The notes beneath the pieces are model-generated. The model was not told the DNA's origin and made no database searches. It saw nothing but the letters and a program-made list of their open reading frames with translations. This document shows positions 9,128 through 17,870 of a stretch of 60,367 nt of DNA, piece by piece (position 1 is the first letter of the stretch; each line of letters begins with the position of its first letter). The position numbers and the translations under genes are program-made. The DNA lies in contig JASJAX010000045.1 in the NCBI GenBank assembly GCA_030066755.1, positions 1 to 60,367 of the forward strand, in the 5' to 3' direction. Source of the DNA: Acidimicrobiia bacterium (GTDB lineage Bacteria; Actinomycetota; Acidimicrobiia; Spongiisociales; UBA5794).

Positions 9128-9863
9128 AGATCCCCTGCAGCATCTCGAGGAGATCCACGAAACGCCGCGTGGCAAAGGTGATCTGTCCGACGTCGTCTCC
9201 GTCGGGCAGGATCTGCCAATAGCCGGCCGGACCGGCATCGAGCACGATGACCTCGGTGTCGCCGGCGGTGCCGTCGTCGCCGATCCAGAGCGATGAGATC
9301 CTCCAGCGGGACCGTCGCTGACAGTGGATCACCGTGAGTCGTTCTGCCCACCCCGGGTCGATTCCGTCGGCGATCAGCCGTGACGCAGCATCTGCGGGGT
9401 TCGCGCTCCACGCCATCTCCAACTCGTCGAGCAGATCGGCCGGCACCGTGACGGAGCCACTGATCGGGGCGTCCGGACGAGGTCCCAAGGTGACGAGCTG
9501 AGCCAGGTGGAAGGTCAGGAGTCCAACCTCGATCGGTCCGAGCCGGAAGAGGTCCGGACCGGCGGGTCGCCCCAGAACCGCGGACGTGCGGCGGATCCAG
9601 ATCGTCGAAATCGCGGTTCCTTCGTCGGTGGTGACCTCGATGGTGACCACGCGCGTCGGAGCGATCACCACCTCGAGCATGTCTGCGGCTTGTGGATGGA
9701 GCTGTCGGTCCGTCGTGATGCCGGCCCGTTCGAGTTCGACCAGGTCCCGTAGCCGCACACGGGCGGCGCCGTCCGACCCATGCGTGCCGAGGAGCATCAC
9801 GCTCGGCACGAGACGGCGTGGCAACGTGAGCGTGCCGCGACCGGCATCGAGAACTGCTTGCAT
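9126..9863 (-). CDS. EspG-like (ESX secretion-associated chaperone-like) protein
   Basis: I place the start at ATG 9863, which has an AGAGGGG RBS and lies 26 nt after the upstream stop. The protein is about 245 aa and soluble. Its pattern resembles the EspG family (LPRRLVP..., LGPRPDAP..., VTVPADLLDEL). It sits in a type VII-like locus. The call comes from resemblance and context only. Confidence 0.4.
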   Translation of the reverse strand: MQAVLDAGRGTLTLPRRLVPSVMLLGTHGSDGAARVRLRDLVELERAGITTDRQLHPQAADMLEVVIAPTRVVTIEVTTDEGTAISTIWIRRTSAVLGRPAGPDLFRLGPIEVGLLTFHLAQLVTLGPRPDAPISGSVTVPADLLDELEMAWSANPADAASRLIADGIDPGWAERLTVIHCQRRSRWRISSLWIGDDGTAGDTEVIVLDAGPAGYWQILPDGDDVGQITFATRRFVDLLEMLQGI

Positions 9864-9889
9864 CGATTGCCCCTCTGGTTCGGTGGTGG

Positions 9890-10828
9890 TCAGGAGTTCG
9901 CAGGGAGTGCTGGTGGTCCCGGCAGGATCTCGGCGACTCGCATTCCTCCGGTGGTTGTGACGAGTCGCAAGACGACCGCCATCGGGAGCGTCGCTCCGGC
10001 TTGATCGATGATGACCGCATCGGCGGTCGCCCACGTGCCGCCGCCAACCTCGCCGACCCGCACCGAGGTGACCTCGATGCGCTCCGCCGGGGCCGGGGTG
10101 ATCGCGATGATGTCGGCGTCGGATGTCACGAGGCGCGGGATTCGTCCGCTCCCCGCCAGGTAGGCGTCGAGGAATTCCTGCACAAACGTCAGGACCGAAT
10201 CGTTGCCCTCGCTCCGAAGGTCCGCGTAGATCCCGAACGGCACGCTTGCGACGGGGGTCGGCACCGGGAGCGGAGCGGCGGTAGCGAGGAAGCCGGAGCC
10301 GACCTCGGCCACCGCGACCTCGAAGTACTCAACGGTCCCGGCGCCGTAGCCGCCATCGACTCGTCGCAGTACGTCCGCCGCAACCGTGACTGTCCAGTAG
10401 CCGAACCCGATCGTGTCGGCGCCGACTGCGGCCGTCCGGCTCACGTATCGATCGTACGCAGCTACTGCAGCTGCAGGCGTGTCGACGGTGAACGATCGCA
10501 TCGTTGACGCACCGGCGCCGGTGAGATGCGCCGCAACGTACATCTCGGCAAAACCCATCAGGCCGTTCGGCGTCTCGTTGAGGACCGGTGGTGATGGAAG
10601 GGCGATCGCGGTGCGAGTACCCCGACCAATCGTCCACCCAGAAATCAACGCGACAACGATCGCCGGTCCCACCCACCAGAGGAAACGTCCGGCCCCAGGT
10701 CTGGACTGTTCGTTGGCTGCGTCGGAAGGTTCAGGATCGGGCTCGCAAGGTGAGTGGCTACGGGTCGAGACGAAGTCGTCGAGGTCCGTGATGGGGGAGC
10801 CGAGTGCCTCTGGATGCGTGATCATCAT
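9890..10828 (-). CDS. Single-pass membrane protein with two TcpC-like (NTF2-like) domains
   Basis: The start at 10828 overlaps the upstream stop (ATGATGA). There is one TM helix (FLWWVGPAIVVALISGWTI). Two repeated modules begin GFAEMYVAAHLTG... and LTFVQEFLDAYLAGSG..., as in conjugative TcpC-family proteins. Confidence 0.45.
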   Translation of the reverse strand: MMITHPEALGSPITDLDDFVSTRSHSPCEPDPEPSDAANEQSRPGAGRFLWWVGPAIVVALISGWTIGRGTRTAIALPSPPVLNETPNGLMGFAEMYVAAHLTGAGASTMRSFTVDTPAAAVAAYDRYVSRTAAVGADTIGFGYWTVTVAADVLRRVDGGYGAGTVEYFEVAVAEVGSGFLATAAPLPVPTPVASVPFGIYADLRSEGNDSVLTFVQEFLDAYLAGSGRIPRLVTSDADIIAITPAPAERIEVTSVRVGEVGGGTWATADAVIIDQAGATLPMAVVLRLVTTTGGMRVAEILPGPPALPANS

Positions 10829-11673
10829 TCCTCCTCGATCTCGATCGGCGGTAGCACCACGGTCTCGCCTGGATAGATGAGGTCGGGGTCGCCCGAACGC
10901 AGCCGGTCCCGGTTGCCTTCGATGACACGTCTCCAGTAGGTGGCGACTCGATCGTCCGATACCGCACCGTCGTGGGCCTGCTCGAGGTGGCGGCGGCTTA
11001 TGGACCAGAGGTGATCGCCGTCTGCGACGATGACTGCGGAGGACCCCGACACCGTCACCGTTGCTGCACCGCGGTCGAGGAGGAAGGGGACGCTGGGTCC
11101 GATGTCGTCGACGGGCACGATGTCCTGCCCGGGTCCGGTCGATGTCGGCATCCATCCGATCCGTCGTGGTCCCGCCGGTCGCATCAGGGTCTCCTCGGGG
11201 CGAGTGTCATTCCTGGCGGACGTGGAGCCGTCGGATGGTGTACCCGGGGGAACGGGTCGCCCGCTCTCGTCGACTTCGACCACGATCGGTGGCAGTTCGT
11301 ACGCCACGGCTGGGAGTGCCGGCGCGGTGATCGAGGCCGTTGCGATGCTGACGGCGAGGGCTCCATCGACGACGCGGCGCACTGCCGGCACGGTCACCCA
11401 CTCGATGCTGCGCATCGTTCTCGGAATCCGCCTCAATCGTGCGACGAGGTAGACGACCGTGGTGCAGAGGATCCAGTAGGCCAGCACGATCGCAACGTGG
11501 CGCAGCACGGCAGCCAACACGTCCTCCATGGGTGCGGACACGAACCAGGTGCCCAGCGAACCCCAGGGGATCCGAAGCCACTCGAGATCGCCGAGGCGGT
11601 GGAGCAGCGCCACGGCGCCGCCTAGGAACACCAGGAGGGTCACAAGTCCGATTCGGCGGCGGATCAACTGCAT
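10825..11673 (-). CDS. Three-TM membrane protein with a C-terminal LysM-like peptidoglycan-binding domain
   Basis: There are three N-terminal TM segments. The C-terminus fits the actinobacterial LysM variant (VIVADGDHLWSISRRHL...YWRRVIEGNRDRLRSGDPDLIYPGETVVLPP). Confidence 0.6.
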   Translation of the reverse strand: MQLIRRRIGLVTLLVFLGGAVALLHRLGDLEWLRIPWGSLGTWFVSAPMEDVLAAVLRHVAIVLAYWILCTTVVYLVARLRRIPRTMRSIEWVTVPAVRRVVDGALAVSIATASITAPALPAVAYELPPIVVEVDESGRPVPPGTPSDGSTSARNDTRPEETLMRPAGPRRIGWMPTSTGPGQDIVPVDDIGPSVPFLLDRGAATVTVSGSSAVIVADGDHLWSISRRHLEQAHDGAVSDDRVATYWRRVIEGNRDRLRSGDPDLIYPGETVVLPPIEIEEE

Positions 11674-11679
11674 GCCGAC

Positions 11680-11750
11680 ACACTACGCATCGCTGAAGTT
11701 GTTTGTCAACGGTTGATTACTGTTGACAAACGTTAGACATCGTATAGGGT
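11680..11750. promoter_or_regulatory. Back-to-back divergent promoters built on a 10-bp perfect inverted repeat
   Basis: GTTTGTCAAC (11701-11710) and GTTGACAAAC (11722-11731) form the repeat. Plus strand: -35 TTGACA at 11723-11728, a 16-nt spacer, and -10 TAGGGT at 11745-11750. Minus strand: -35 TTGACA at 11709-11704, an 18-nt spacer, and -10 TAGTGT at 11685-11680, which ends 6 nt before the LysM-gene ATG. Confidence 0.45.
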
Positions 11751-11816
11751 CGAGAACCGATCGTGAACTCGCCCGAGTTCGTTGCGAGGCCCGACGGCCG
11801 GAGAGGAGAAGCTGAG

Positions 11817-12089
11817 ATGGCCAACATGTTTGGTGCCGACCTGGGTGATTTGGAGACGTTGCGAGGCACGTTCGATCGAAAGGCGGACGAGGTCAACGCG
11901 TTGACGGGAAGCCTCACCGCGCAGATCGCTCCGGGAGCGACGGCCTGGTCGGGTCCGGGTGCCAACAACTTCCGGGCCGCCTGGGACGGGGACTTCCAAC
12001 CAGCGCTCATGAAACTCGAGTCGGCGTTGCGGGAAGCGTCGATCGCCGTCGCCACCTATCGCGACAACATCGAAGCGGCCACTCGCTGA
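11817..12089 (+). CDS. WXG100 family type VII secretion target (ESAT-6-like)
   Basis: The product is about 90 aa and has a central W-S-G motif (TAWSGPGANNFRAAW). A GGAGAGGAG RBS precedes ATG 11817. The longer GTG 11763 start is less likely. Confidence 0.8.
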   Translation: MANMFGADLGDLETLRGTFDRKADEVNALTGSLTAQIAPGATAWSGPGANNFRAAWDGDFQPALMKLESALREASIAVATYRDNIEAATR

Positions 12090-12100
12090 TTCCCTGGGCG

Positions 12101-12466
12101 ATGACCCCGACGGAGATGCGTCAGCAAGCCGCCCGGAAGCGAGCTCGCGCAGCAGCGCTCGATTCGGCGGCGGCTCGGTTGCGGGTGATCGCCGATGAGA
12201 TTCGGCCGCTGCTGTCAGACCTTGCGTCGCGGTCGCGCGAGGTGTGGATCGGTCCGGCGGCATCCGATTTCGAACGTCGTGCAACGGAAGCCGACGCCGA
12301 GGTCAAGGTGCAAGCCGCGCTTCTGGTGTCGACGGCCGGCGACTTCGCCATCGATGCGCGGCGCCTCCGATCGGAGGCTGCGTCGCTCGACACCCAGGCA
12401 GCCACAGCCGAAGCCGCAGCGGCGCTCGGCTGCGACGCGTCACCGATGCCTGCCTCCATCGAGTAG
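12101..12466 (+). CDS. Second WXG100-like helical protein
   Basis: The 121-aa protein is predicted helical and has a W-I-G motif (EVWIGPAASDFERR). It lies 11 nt after the first WXG gene and 5 nt before eccC. Confidence 0.55.
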   Translation: MTPTEMRQQAARKRARAAALDSAAARLRVIADEIRPLLSDLASRSREVWIGPAASDFERRATEADAEVKVQAALLVSTAGDFAIDARRLRSEAASLDTQAATAEAAAALGCDASPMPASIE

Positions 12467-12471
12467 CCGCC

Positions 12472-15400
12472 ATGGAGTTCGCCCTCTCGCTCGACGGCAC
12501 CGAATACGAGGTCGTGCTGCATGGTGCGTATCCCGAGCTGCCGCTCGAAGACGCCATCGCACCCCACGGGGCGCAGGGCGCGTTCGTCGAGGGGCGAATC
12601 GTGGCGCCGACGGCGGCATTCGCTGAGGCGGTCGCGCCAGGATCGCTCGTTGCCGTTGGCGATGAGATCCAGAGGTCGTGGACGGCCATCGAAGGCGCAT
12701 CTGCGGGCGTGCGTGCGTTCAACCGGCCGCCACGCAGCGACTTCCCGGTGGCGCTTCCACCGCTCCCAGCGCCGTCCGGCCGTTCGGCACAGGCGGCGAC
12801 CGTCCGGTTCGGCTGGGCAGCGTTGATCGTTCCGGTCGTACTCGGCGTCGTTCTCGCCGTCGTGATCCACCCGCGTATGGCGCTCTTCGCGGTGTTCTCC
12901 CCAGCGATGGCCTTCGCCAACTGGATCGAACAGCGCCGTCGGACCGTGAACGGCCGGCGTCACGCCCGCAAGGAGCTGGCCGTCGAGCTCGCTGATTTTC
13001 GGGAGCGCTTGACTACTGCAGTGCGCGCTGAGGCCAGGATGCGCCGCAGATCCCACCCGTCGCCAGATCGTCTGATCGCGCGTGTGCTGAACCTGGACGG
13101 TCGGCTCTGGGAACGCCGCCCCCACCACGATGACGCAATGGCGCTGGCCGTCGGCACGGCGTGTGTGGCGTGGGCGCCCGAGCTGACGGCCGGCTACGAA
13201 GGCCCCGCCGCCGTGGTGCACGATCTCGTGCGGGAGCTCGGCGTGCTCCACGACGTTCCGGTCGCTGTTGCGCTCTCACCGGGACACGTCGTCGGTCTCG
13301 CCGGTGGGGCGTCAGTTCGTCGCGCAGTCGCCCGCAGCCTGCTCCTCCAGGCCGTCGTCCTGCACGGCCCATCCGACGTGCGGCTCGCCATCGTGACCGA
13401 TGACCCGGAGCAGTGGGACTGGTGCAAGTGGTTGCCGCATGTCGTTGCCAACGCCGATACGGGTCGGCGGCGCCTCGCCGGTTCCCCGATTGCGGCGGCC
13501 GAGATCTTGACCGGGTTCATCGCCGCACCCGCCGCTACCGAGGGAGTATCCGTCTCCGTCAACGGTCCGTGGGATGTGCTCGTGCTCGATGTCGCCGATC
13601 CGACCCAGCGATCACTCGCTCCGGTTCGCGAGGCAATCGATCGTGCGGCCGTTGGTGGCGGTGCGGTGTTGGCGCTGGCACCTTCGGTGGCTGAGCTTCC
13701 ATCGCGCTGTCACACGGTGGTCCAAGCTGATCCCGAGGGCGTTGCCGTTGTGCGTACACCCTCCGCAGGGAGGGAGTCCGGTTGTGTGGCGGCATGGGTC
13801 GTGACCCGGCGAGACGCACGAGCAGTCGCTCGACGTCTTGCTGGGATCGTTGATCCTGATCTCCGGTCTGGAGTGTCCGAGATCCCCGGAGGAGTCCGTC
13901 TGGTTGAACTCCTCGGTTTGGATGCACCGGCGCCAGACGCGATTGCGGCGCGGTGGGCGCGTTTCCGTGGGACCGATCCGGCCGTTCCTGTCGGCAAGTC
14001 TGCCGACGGGGTGGTGACGGTCAGTCTGGTCGCCGACGGACCACACGCGTTGTTGGCCGGGACCACCGGTTCTGGGAAGTCGGAGCTACTTCGGAGCCTG
14101 GTTGCATCCTTGGCGGCAACCAGCCATCCCGACGACCTGACGTTCGTGCTCGTCGACTACAAAGGTGGAAGCGCCTTCGATGTCTGTGCGCGGTTGCCCC
14201 ACACGGTCGGCCTCGTCACCGACCTCGACGGGCATCTGGCGCAGCGGGCCCTCACGAGCCTCGAAGCCGAGCTGCGCTACCGCGAGGAGACGCTGCGATC
14301 TGTCGGAGCCTCGGACCTGCCGGATTATCGGGATCGGAGCACCGGCCGGCCGCTTCCGCGGCTGTTCGTCGTTGTCGATGAGTTCGCGGCGCTGGCGAAG
14401 GAGCTCCCGGACTTCATGACGTCGCTGATCGACATCGCCCAACGCGGCCGGAGTCTGGGTGTGCATCTCTTGCTGGCTACACAGCGGCCGCAAGGGATCA
14501 TCAATGATCAGATCCGTGCGAACACCAATCTCCGGATCGCATTGCGCGTCCAGGACCCGGTCGACTCGGTCGACGTGGTCGGGACACGATCTGCGGCTGA
14601 GATCGCACGATCGCAGGCGGGCCGCGGATTCGTTCGCCGCGGTGCCGGAGACGTGCAGGCGTTCCAGGCTGCCCGAGTCACTGGGCCGGCCACTGGGAGG
14701 CCCGACCCCGAAGTCCTCCCCTTCATCTTCGCTGCGGAGCAGCCGGTGCCGCCTCCGCCTCAGACGTTGCAGGACCAGACGACGGATTTGGACGTCCTTG
14801 TCGATGCGGTGTGCCGAGCGTTCGAGCAGTCCGAGTCGCCATCGCCCCGCCGACCGTGGCTCGAGCCGCTCGGAACCGACATCGTGGTCGCCGATCTGAC
14901 GCCACCGGCCGCCGGGCGTGTGCGGCTCGGTCTCGCCGACGAGCCGAGTCGGCAACGTCAACGGGCCGCGACCTGGGACCCTGCGGACGGGAACCTCCTG
15001 GTCTACGGCGTTGCCGGGAGTGGCACCTCGACTGCGCTCGAGACGATCGCCATCGGCCTCGCCCGGGCTCACATGCCCGACAACCTCCACCTCTACGGGC
15101 TCGACTTCGATGATCAGCGGCTCGCCCCACTCGACGGCTTGATGCATTGCGGCGGGATCATCGGGTCGTCCGACCGTGAGCGTCAGGTGCGACTGATCCG
15201 GATGCTGCAACGCGATATCGATCGGCGACGCAAGGCACTCGCCGTCGACCCGACCGCCATCGCTTCGTTCCCGACCATCGTGCTGCTCATCGACAACTAC
15301 GGCGGATTCTCTGCGGCGTTCGACGAGCCGGCCGACCTCGCCGTCAAGTCTGCGGTGACTCGGATCATCGCCGATGGGCCCGGCGTCGGAATCGTGTCGA

Positions 15401-16314
15401 TCGTGTCCGCCAAACAGCCGATCGATGTGCCCGCCCAGATCTCTTCCCTGATCTCGGCGAAACTGCTCTTCAAATTGGCGGATCGGTACGAATACGCCGG
15501 GCAGGGTCTGCCCGGAATCAACCCGCCGACGGTGCCCGGGCGGTGCTTCGAGTCATGGACGGGTCGCGAGCTGCAGATCGCTCGTGCTCACGTCGATGGC
15601 GTCGGAGCTGCAGTCGCTGTGATCGAGAGTCCGCTGTCCGTCGATCGCCCAGCGCCGCGCGTCGGCGTGTTGCCGGATGAGGTGAAGGTGTCCCAAATCG
15701 CTCCTGCGGCTGCCGTTTTCGAACTCGAGTGGATCCTTCCGGTGGGTATCGGCGACCACGACCTCACTCCGATCGGGTTCCGTTTGGGCGAGGGCGACCA
15801 CGTTGTGATCAGCGGTCCGGCCCGCTCCGGGAAGTCGACGACGCTGTCGTCGCTGGCGGCCGTTGCCAGATCGGCTCGTCCCGATCTGCGAATCATGGCC
15901 GTGGCTCCACGCCGCTCGCGACTCGCCGACAGTCCGGAGGTTGATGTCGTTGCGCCCACTGCGGAACCCATCGGCCGGTGGCTGGATGGCGGTGGCGACC
16001 TGCTCGTGCTGATCGATGACGCATCGATGGTCGACGATGTTGGCGGTGTCCTGGCGGACCTCGGCGATCGACCCCGCGCTGGAGTTCATGTTGTTGCTGC
16101 GGCACCAGCAGATCTCCTGCGATCGGCGTATGGGCATTGGACGACCGGCATGCGCCGGTCGCGAATTGGTCTTGCGCTCAAGCCAAACCCGGCGACCGAC
16201 GGTGACCTGTGGCAGACGCCGCTGCCGCGTCACGGGCAGGCACAGTTTCCGGTCGGCCGCGGATACCTCATCGCCGACGGAGCATGCGAACTCGTACAGA
16301 TCGCAGGCACGTGA
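12472..16314 (+). CDS. eccC: Type VII secretion FtsK/SpoIIIE-family ATPase (EccC/EssC-like) with three P-loop domains
   Basis: I place the start at ATG 12472 (MEFALSLDG...). A soluble N-terminal domain of about 100 aa is followed by two TM helices. Walker A sites are GTTGSGKSE, a degenerate GVAGSGTST, and GPARSGKST. Walker B-type motifs VVVDEF and LLIDN are present. Confidence 0.9.
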   Translation: MEFALSLDGTEYEVVLHGAYPELPLEDAIAPHGAQGAFVEGRIVAPTAAFAEAVAPGSLVAVGDEIQRSWTAIEGASAGVRAFNRPPRSDFPVALPPLPAPSGRSAQAATVRFGWAALIVPVVLGVVLAVVIHPRMALFAVFSPAMAFANWIEQRRRTVNGRRHARKELAVELADFRERLTTAVRAEARMRRRSHPSPDRLIARVLNLDGRLWERRPHHDDAMALAVGTACVAWAPELTAGYEGPAAVVHDLVRELGVLHDVPVAVALSPGHVVGLAGGASVRRAVARSLLLQAVVLHGPSDVRLAIVTDDPEQWDWCKWLPHVVANADTGRRRLAGSPIAAAEILTGFIAAPAATEGVSVSVNGPWDVLVLDVADPTQRSLAPVREAIDRAAVGGGAVLALAPSVAELPSRCHTVVQADPEGVAVVRTPSAGRESGCVAAWVVTRRDARAVARRLAGIVDPDLRSGVSEIPGGVRLVELLGLDAPAPDAIAARWARFRGTDPAVPVGKSADGVVTVSLVADGPHALLAGTTGSGKSELLRSLVASLAATSHPDDLTFVLVDYKGGSAFDVCARLPHTVGLVTDLDGHLAQRALTSLEAELRYREETLRSVGASDLPDYRDRSTGRPLPRLFVVVDEFAALAKELPDFMTSLIDIAQRGRSLGVHLLLATQRPQGIINDQIRANTNLRIALRVQDPVDSVDVVGTRSAAEIARSQAGRGFVRRGAGDVQAFQAARVTGPATGRPDPEVLPFIFAAEQPVPPPPQTLQDQTTDLDVLVDAVCRAFEQSESPSPRRPWLEPLGTDIVVADLTPPAAGRVRLGLADEPSRQRQRAATWDPADGNLLVYGVAGSGTSTALETIAIGLARAHMPDNLHLYGLDFDDQRLAPLDGLMHCGGIIGSSDRERQVRLIRMLQRDIDRRRKALAVDPTAIASFPTIVLLIDNYGGFSAAFDEPADLAVKSAVTRIIADGPGVGIVSIVSAKQPIDVPAQISSLISAKLLFKLADRYEYAGQGLPGINPPTVPGRCFESWTGRELQIARAHVDGVGAAVAVIESPLSVDRPAPRVGVLPDEVKVSQIAPAAAVFELEWILPVGIGDHDLTPIGFRLGEGDHVVISGPARSGKSTTLSSLAAVARSARPDLRIMAVAPRRSRLADSPEVDVVAPTAEPIGRWLDGGGDLLVLIDDASMVDDVGGVLADLGDRPRAGVHVVAAAPADLLRSAYGHWTTGMRRSRIGLALKPNPATDGDLWQTPLPRHGQAQFPVGRGYLIADGACELVQIAGT

Positions 16315-17870
16315 GGGGGTACTGCGGTGCGGATCCGGACGGGCTTCTGGCCCTGGCAGCGTCGGTCGAGCGGCGGGTCGCGATCGCTGCTCGTCGCGCC
16401 CGCGAGGCGCACTCGCTGCTCAGGCACTTCGGCCGGGGTGGAGACGCCGATCGAATTGGTGCGGCACTCTCTCGCCGCGCACAGCTCCTGGCGCAGTCGG
16501 CGGGCGACCTCACGCGGCGCGCCGACCTCATCCGAGACGCGGAGAGGTTGCTCCCGGGTGGTGGAGCGCTGCCGACAGCGGTGACCTTCGACGCATGGTT
16601 GCGGGCGGAGCATGCACTGGTCGCGCCGTTCGGGCTGACCGACTGGGCCGGCCACTACTTGGCCTGGCGCGACGGGCCACAGCCGGGGAGCATTGCAGGG
16701 CTGGACCCGGCCGACGCCCTGACGACGCTCGAAGGCATCTCGCCTCACGCCCGGCATCGACTGGTGTTGGCCCATCCGGAGCTCATTGGTCGGTTGGACG
16801 GAGCGCCGGCGGAGATGCGGTACGCGGCGAATCGCATTCTCATCCGGCGCGAGATCTCGGGTCTCGAGTCGATGGCGGATGCGCTCACTTCTGACTCCAT
16901 CGACTCCGTCAATGGTGGAGCCATCCACTGGTCAGAGATGTGGCGAGAGCTCCTGGCTGATGAGCGCGCCGGCATCGCGGAACGTATTGCGCGCTACCGC
17001 CTGTGGCTCGATGAGGATCGGCAGATCCTGCTCTTTGATCCCGCCGGCGATGGACTCGTGGTGGAGGTCTTCGGTGATCTCGAGGAAGCCCACCATGTCG
17101 GTGTCGTTGTTCCGGGTATGTCGAACGATATTGGGAACTTCGGTCCCGTTGACGGCGACGGGTTCAGGGCCAACGCGGATGACCTCAAGGCGGCGGCGGC
17201 GGTGTTCGACGAGCGAGTCGCCACCGTCGCTTGGCTGGGCTACGACACGCCCGACGGTGCGGATGCGGGTGTTCGCAATGCTGCACAGGAGGGACACGAC
17301 GGCCTGGTTCGGTTCGTTGCGGGACTGGTAGCCGCCGACGATCGGCATGTCACGGTCATCGGCCACAGCTACGGCTCGCTCGTGACGGGTATGGCATCTC
17401 GGGTCGGCTTGGCTGCGGACGAGTTGGTCTTCGTCGGCAGCCCCGGAACCAGTCTCGACCACGCCGGGGACGCCAACCTTCCGCCGGGCGGGGAGGTGTG
17501 GGCCGGCCTGGCTTCGTGGGATCCGATCGGGGCTGGGGTGAGTCTCACACCGTCCGACTTGTGGGACGGGTCGTTGTCCGTGCCGGGGCGGTACCTCTTT
17601 GACTTGATCACGACCGGCGACCTCGCCGCAGAGGAGCTGTGGCACGGCACGAACCCCGTCCACGAGAAGTTCGGAGCCGTCGAGTTCACTACCGACGGAG
17701 CGACCGGGCACTCGCAGTACTTCGACCCCGGGACCGAGTCGCTGGAGAACCTCGCTCGGATTGTCGCCGGGCACACGGCCCAAGTGACCGTTGTGTCGTC
17801 CGAGCCGTTCGAACTCGCCCCGGGGCCGTTCGGATATCCCTCCATCGACCCCGCAGCCGAAGTGGCGTGA
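16311..17870 (+). CDS. DUF1023-type alpha/beta hydrolase with a helical N-terminal domain
   Basis: GTG 16311 overlaps the eccC stop (GTGA); ATG 16284 is an alternative start. The nucleophile elbow is GHSYGS. The VVVPGM...WLGYDTP pattern is typical of DUF1023. About 250 aa of helical region precede the hydrolase. Confidence 0.75.
   Translation: MRGYCGADPDGLLALAASVERRVAIAARRAREAHSLLRHFGRGGDADRIGAALSRRAQLLAQSAGDLTRRADLIRDAERLLPGGGALPTAVTFDAWLRAEHALVAPFGLTDWAGHYLAWRDGPQPGSIAGLDPADALTTLEGISPHARHRLVLAHPELIGRLDGAPAEMRYAANRILIRREISGLESMADALTSDSIDSVNGGAIHWSEMWRELLADERAGIAERIARYRLWLDEDRQILLFDPAGDGLVVEVFGDLEEAHHVGVVVPGMSNDIGNFGPVDGDGFRANADDLKAAAAVFDERVATVAWLGYDTPDGADAGVRNAAQEGHDGLVRFVAGLVAADDRHVTVIGHSYGSLVTGMASRVGLAADELVFVGSPGTSLDHAGDANLPPGGEVWAGLASWDPIGAGVSLTPSDLWDGSLSVPGRYLFDLITTGDLAAEELWHGTNPVHEKFGAVEFTTDGATGHSQYFDPGTESLENLARIVAGHTAQVTVVSSEPFELAPGPFGYPSIDPAAEVA

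Noticed and set aside
9890-11155. N-terminal extensions offered by the ORF track. Examples are 9890-11155, 9126-10034, 12244-16314, 16209-17870, 17871-18620, 26640-28220, 28120-29136, 30728-32788, 34992-40322, 50331-51128 and 57912-58856.
   Set aside because: The extensions overlap the upstream gene and are Arg-rich low-complexity sequence. Internal starts give canonical N-termini such as signal peptides, lipoboxes, MEFRVLG for the SARP and MIDV for PckG, with an RBS or start/stop coupling.
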